A stretch of 64,000 bases of DNA from Giardia intestinalis (lineage: Eukaryota). The notes under the pieces were generated by a model. The model was not told the DNA's origin. It saw only the letters and a list, made by a program, of their open reading frames with translations, and ran no database searches. The position numbers and the translations under genes were made by a program. Below, one piece after another: positions 60,232-64,000 of the stretch. How positions within the stretch are numbered: position 1 is the stretch's first letter; each line of letters opens with the position of its first letter. The stretch lies in the NCBI GenBank assembly GCA_000002435.2, contig CM018793.1, one strand, 5' to 3'.

Positions 60232-60349
60232 GTGAGCCCACCTCGTCGAGATTTAACCCACTGAAAGGAAAAATAAAGAAGAACATAGGGATTTTTTCGC
60301 ATCTTTGCTACTCTATTTCCTCTTTGAATCCTGCGTCTCTTTCGACGTC

Positions 60350-61189
60350 ATGGATCATATCGTGGCCCTCTTTGACGCAAATTTGACTTCGTACACCTCA
60401 GAAGACTTTACTGAATCGCAGGTGTTGGACTTGGTAGATGCAACCGTGTCTTGGTTGAGTGCCCACAGACAGTCTTCTCCTTATGCCATTTGGAACTTGT
60501 ATGGCTTCTCGACCAATGTCCTGCACTCTTGTTCTAGCTATAGCATTATTAACGAGAAGCTTGCTGGGGAACTCCAGGCCCCAGAAGCAGTCAGGCGCTC
60601 GTTGGGAGAAGCCCTTCGCTACTGCCCCCAAGCCACATCAGTGACCGGGCTTGCGCTTCTCTCGGCTATTGCTGCTGTGGCGCGTGTTCAAAGTATTGTG
60701 AGTTCCCTTTCCGAATCTAGCGGCATCAACATGATGTACCATGGGCGCATTCTTATTATAACAGCGTCTGGTGTACAAGATTCTGAAGTCGTTAATTCAG
60801 CACTCTTTTCAGCGAAGCGGTTTAATGTCAAGATAGATATCGTCTCACTGACCACCATCCCCGACGTTAACATCTTCTTGAGGCAGGTCGCCTACCTAAC
60901 GGCCAGCAAGTTTTCCAATGTGCCGAAGCCCAAGGCTTCCGGTAGTAGTGTCTCCTACTTCACTACGCACATCTTCAAGGCTTCTCCTGCTGCTGAGTGG
61001 AGGTCGCTACAGCTCAATGATGGTGCTAGCGCCGGAATGTACCATCGGGAAAAGCGGCTTGACTTCATGGGAGAGTGCAGTGTTTGTCATGCTAACATAA
61101 GCCATGGGATTGCCTGTGCTGTCTGCTTCACTCTTCAGTGTGATACTTGCTTCAACGGCTCTTGCCCCACTTGTCCTGCTACAGTGTAA
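60350..61189 (+). CDS. Possible TFIIH subunit p34/Tfb4-like protein (vWA-like region plus C-terminal Cys-rich zinc finger), 279 aa
   Basis: The track ORF starts at a TTG (60305); the first ATG is 60350. The C-terminus 'GECSVCHANISHGIACAVCFTLQCDTCFNGSCPTCPATV' resembles the p34 zinc ribbon '[25 protein letters not shown]'. The preceding 'ITASGVQDSEVVNSALFSAKRFNVKIDIVSL' resembles the p34 'A..DS...YMN.IF.A.K..I.ID.C.L' block. Confidence 0.45.
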   Translation: MDHIVALFDANLTSYTSEDFTESQVLDLVDATVSWLSAHRQSSPYAIWNLYGFSTNVLHSCSSYSIINEKLAGELQAPEAVRRSLGEALRYCPQATSVTGLALLSAIAAVARVQSIVSSLSESSGINMMYHGRILIITASGVQDSEVVNSALFSAKRFNVKIDIVSLTTIPDVNIFLRQVAYLTASKFSNVPKPKASGSSVSYFTTHIFKASPAAEWRSLQLNDGASAGMYHREKRLDFMGECSVCHANISHGIACAVCFTLQCDTCFNGSCPTCPATV

Positions 61190-61224
61190 ATAGAGCCTTA
61201 TTATCCCTTTCAGTAAAAAGCCCG

Positions 61225-64000
61225 ATGCCCAAACAGTTAACCCTGGATTTCTTTGTTCGTAAACATCCTCAGTCTTCGGGGAGAACTGTCATAGATTCAG
61301 AATCTGCAGAGCCTATACCTGTGCCGGTAAAGACAGAAGATGAGGCAACCATGAAATCTGTCGCATCTTTCGCTGACAGACAAAAGCCTTCCACTCCGCA
61401 ATGCCAAACACAGGTATTCATAGCAGAGCCTTTAATCAGACGTGTTAGGCCCGGCCTAGAAGCATTTCGAGCCCAGCCAACCGCCAGTTTAACTAGTGCC
61501 AGCGCCAGTCCCAGTCCTAGAGGCTTCAGCACTCCAGGAGCAAGTCCACAACAAGGTCATCTGAAAGCAAGCGCATCTCCTCTTCACTCTTCTATTCCTC
61601 AGAAAAACCTCTCTTCTAAAAGGCGAGCAGCGTCGACCAGTGAAGAAAGCCATGATGACATTAGAAGCCCCAACCAAGGCAAGCAAGCTCCAACTACAGG
61701 ATTCACTAGACAGTACGCGTCTATCCGCAAAAGACTTGATAGTAATACCGTGCTATACATCCGGAAGGGTCGCTTCTTTGAACTTTACGAACAAGACAGT
61801 ATCTTTGGCAATGTTACCATGGGGCTAAAGCTAACCAGGCACGCCTCGTCTATGAGTATGTGCGGCGTTCCCGACTATATGTTGGACAAATATATCAAAC
61901 TGACCTTAGATTCTGGGAAGCGGGCAGCTATAGCTGACGAAATGCCAGAAATGGATAAAGTAGAGAAGGTGCAGAAACGACAAGTCATTGCAGTATATTC
62001 ACCTGGAAGCGTATCATCTGCATTGCTACTTGGAACTCAGTATGGAATACTTTACATTGAGGATAGAGGATCGGCAGACTCCGACTCAAAATATCTGCAA
62101 TTTTACGACCCGCTACGTCGCCTCATTTTAGTTAAGTCAGAGCCCTGCACGATGGGGGAGGTAATAGCTTTGATACAGCGTCTTTCTCCTGCTGAGATAG
62201 TTATCAGCTCGTGTGTCTATGAGCTAGTTCGTGCTCAGCTTTCGGTATATTTTCTAGGGCCAATCTACGCGTACAATAATCTTTATGCCACTGTTTGCTC
62301 TACCAATCTCTTGTGGGACATCTCTTTGGATGCGCTTGAATCTTGTGCTAACATTTCTTCAGCCTTTCGGTATTATCTAAATTATTTATTGGCAACTGAT
62401 AAGCGGTTAACGCCCATACAGCAAGGAGACATCGCCGAGTATCTCACTAACATCACGTTGAGTGGCATATTCCGGCTGCCTCAAAACTCGTCGCCCATAG
62501 CAACATTACCCATGCTCACCCTGTCATCTCTAGGTATCCTACCTCTCTGTTCTGCAGATAGCCTTGCTAGATTCGAAGCCGTCGACTCTAGTGTTTTTGA
62601 AGTCTATAACAATTGCGTAACACGAGATGGCTCCCAAATGCTGAAGATGTGGCTAATGAACCCGTTATATGACGTAGAAACAATCCAGTTGAGACAAAAT
62701 GCTATTAAACTTTTTGCCGACAGCGTGAACCACAAGCATGTAGAGGCAGTTCTCACTTCTCTCAAAGCAGTAGGAACTAGTCTATATTACCTTGTGCTAG
62801 GGTGTCGATCCAACTGTCACTTTAACTCCTTCAATGTTCTAGAGCAATCCACTCTCAGCAACAGGCTATTTGTGCAGCTGCTTGTGACCATTATTCGAAC
62901 GTGTTCGGCAGCAGAAGCTTTACACACGCTTCTAGGCTCCAACGAAAAGAATGTGCAGTCAAATGAGATGCTGAGGCATTTCTCGTCATCCAACAGTTGT
63001 TGGAAGTTTCTTGAAACATTGTACAATAAAGTCGCAAGCATGTTTGAGGTAGATACTCCCCAGACAATGCTCAGAAAAGATTTTAAGTTGAGTGCCAACA
63101 GTAACGAGCCTAACCTTCAAATAGTAGACGCATTACTGGACAGAATAGAGCAGCGATATGTGGAATATCTCAATACGCTGGCTCAAACACATAGGCTATC
63201 TCCCAGCCTCAAGGACTACCCACTGACTGCCCTCACTCCAGCAACCAGCACCGCTAAGGTGTACACATTTAGCCCCTTTCCTGACCGGCACCTAGTCATT
63301 GGAGACTCTCTAATTCCCCTTGCTAAGCAATCACATTTTGCTAGGATAGAAGGAATAACACAGATCAGCAGCACTAAGACAGCTGGCCGCTTTTCTGTCC
63401 TTGACCCGCTCCCGAATGAAACGATAGCTGCTGCAAATCTTGCCACAAGAGCCACCGAAAGTCAGTCGCAATACAACCAACAGGCGTTGTGCCGTCTCCT
63501 TGGTGTGGATGTTACCGTTGATGGTGCTACACAAGGCACAAGAGCCAAAGTAAAACTTCTCATCCAGGCTCTCGACAAGGTGGCTTTCAGAAGACTCTTG
63601 GAGCTTGAGAGCTTCTTGCTGCGACGGAAGAATTCCATTCTCAATACACTGAAGCTAGATCTTCTGGTTTTTCTTTTCGAGCATGAGGACATGATTCGGG
63701 AAATGTGCTCTATCTTCTCCCAGGTGGATGTTTTGTGCTGCTTTTCTAAGTTGTCTCGAATATACGCACATGTACCATGGTCCTACCCACTCTTTCAGCC
63801 ACCAGTCCACGAACAAGAGCATATACTAGACATTAGCAAGGCCTATCATCCAATTGCACTTAAACTCAGCCAAGCACGTCTCAAGGCATGGGTGCCTCTC
63901 GATTGCAACTTCCAGAATAACAAAATGCTTGTCCTCACCGGGTGTAACATGTCTGGAAAGTCCACTGCGATGAGATTGATCGGGATTGCTGTTCTATTGG
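61225..64000 (+). CDS. MutS homolog, MSH6-like (5'-partial in window: N-terminus present, C-terminus runs off the 3' end)
   Basis: Manual frame-1 translation from ATG 61225 is open to the window end. Mismatch-binding domain 'RKGRFFELYEQDS...MCGVPDYMLDKYIKLTLDSGKRAAIADE' with the Phe-X-Glu motif (FFE). Connector/lever 'LKMWLMNPLYDVETIQLRQNAIKLF'. The Walker A 'LVLTGCNMSGKSTAMRLIGIAVLL' lies at the window edge. The N-terminal 'MPKQLTLDFFVRK' is PIP-box-like. Confidence 0.85.
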   Translation, partial: MPKQLTLDFFVRKHPQSSGRTVIDSESAEPIPVPVKTEDEATMKSVASFADRQKPSTPQCQTQVFIAEPLIRRVRPGLEAFRAQPTASLTSASASPSPRGFSTPGASPQQGHLKASASPLHSSIPQKNLSSKRRAASTSEESHDDIRSPNQGKQAPTTGFTRQYASIRKRLDSNTVLYIRKGRFFELYEQDSIFGNVTMGLKLTRHASSMSMCGVPDYMLDKYIKLTLDSGKRAAIADEMPEMDKVEKVQKRQVIAVYSPGSVSSALLLGTQYGILYIEDRGSADSDSKYLQFYDPLRRLILVKSEPCTMGEVIALIQRLSPAEIVISSCVYELVRAQLSVYFLGPIYAYNNLYATVCSTNLLWDISLDALESCANISSAFRYYLNYLLATDKRLTPIQQGDIAEYLTNITLSGIFRLPQNSSPIATLPMLTLSSLGILPLCSADSLARFEAVDSSVFEVYNNCVTRDGSQMLKMWLMNPLYDVETIQLRQNAIKLFADSVNHKHVEAVLTSLKAVGTSLYYLVLGCRSNCHFNSFNVLEQSTLSNRLFVQLLVTIIRTCSAAEALHTLLGSNEKNVQSNEMLRHFSSSNSCWKFLETLYNKVASMFEVDTPQTMLRKDFKLSANSNEPNLQIVDALLDRIEQRYVEYLNTLAQTHRLSPSLKDYPLTALTPATSTAKVYTFSPFPDRHLVIGDSLIPLAKQSHFARIEGITQISSTKTAGRFSVLDPLPNETIAAANLATRATESQSQYNQQALCRLLGVDVTVDGATQGTRAKVKLLIQALDKVAFRRLLELESFLLRRKNSILNTLKLDLLVFLFEHEDMIREMCSIFSQVDVLCCFSKLSRIYAHVPWSYPLFQPPVHEQEHILDISKAYHPIALKLSQARLKAWVPLDCNFQNNKMLVLTGCNMSGKSTAMRLIGIAVLL

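Noticed and set aside
60350-64000. TFIIH p34-like and MSH6-like adjacency as a DNA-repair 'cluster'
   Set aside because: Eukaryotic genes of related function are not generally co-clustered, and the 35-bp spacing is simply genome compaction. It is treated as coincidental.

Overview
This window reads as a compact, intron-poor protist chromosome segment, almost certainly Giardia intestinalis (lamblia). The evidence is as follows. Two cysteine-rich CXXC surface-protein genes end in the Giardia VSP hallmark tail '...GGLVGFLCWWF(V/L)CRGKA' followed by the conserved 'ACTTAGGTAGTAAAC' extended poly(A) element. There are 'protein 21.1'-type ankyrin-repeat genes. Genes are packed 3-180 bp apart. Start codons sit in short AT-rich initiators. 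AGTRAAY-like poly(A) motifs overlap stop codons. The first ~11.7 kb and the interval ~53.1-58.8 kb are GC-rich, ORF-poor 'VSP islands'; each carries one minus-strand VSP gene containing perfect internal tandem repeats (201 bp x ~3.75 and 243 bp x ~2.6). The central ~42 kb is a dense run of housekeeping and giant structural genes: an ankyrin 21.1 protein; a DPF/DxF/NPF-motif-rich disordered coiled-coil protein; a Dbp5-like DEAD-box helicase; an ankyrin+RING protein; two tandem paralogous coiled-coil proteins; a 974-aa protein; a 3182-aa multi-pass membrane protein; a 2264-aa coiled-coil protein; an SDR/3-ketoacyl-reductase-like enzyme; and a full-size ABCA-type ABC transporter. After the second VSP island come Maf1, Mob1, a TFIIH p34/Tfb4-like protein and an MSH6-like MutS homolog that runs off the window. 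The supplied ORF track evidently accepts TTG/GTG starts, so several CDS starts were trimmed to the first in-frame ATG. No prokaryotic-type systems (CRISPR, operons, defence islands) are present. The notable points are the VSP repeat architecture, an anomalously GC-rich GST-like ORF in an organism thought to lack glutathione metabolism, an in-frame single-stop junction between two giant ORFs, and an endocytic-motif-rich disordered protein.
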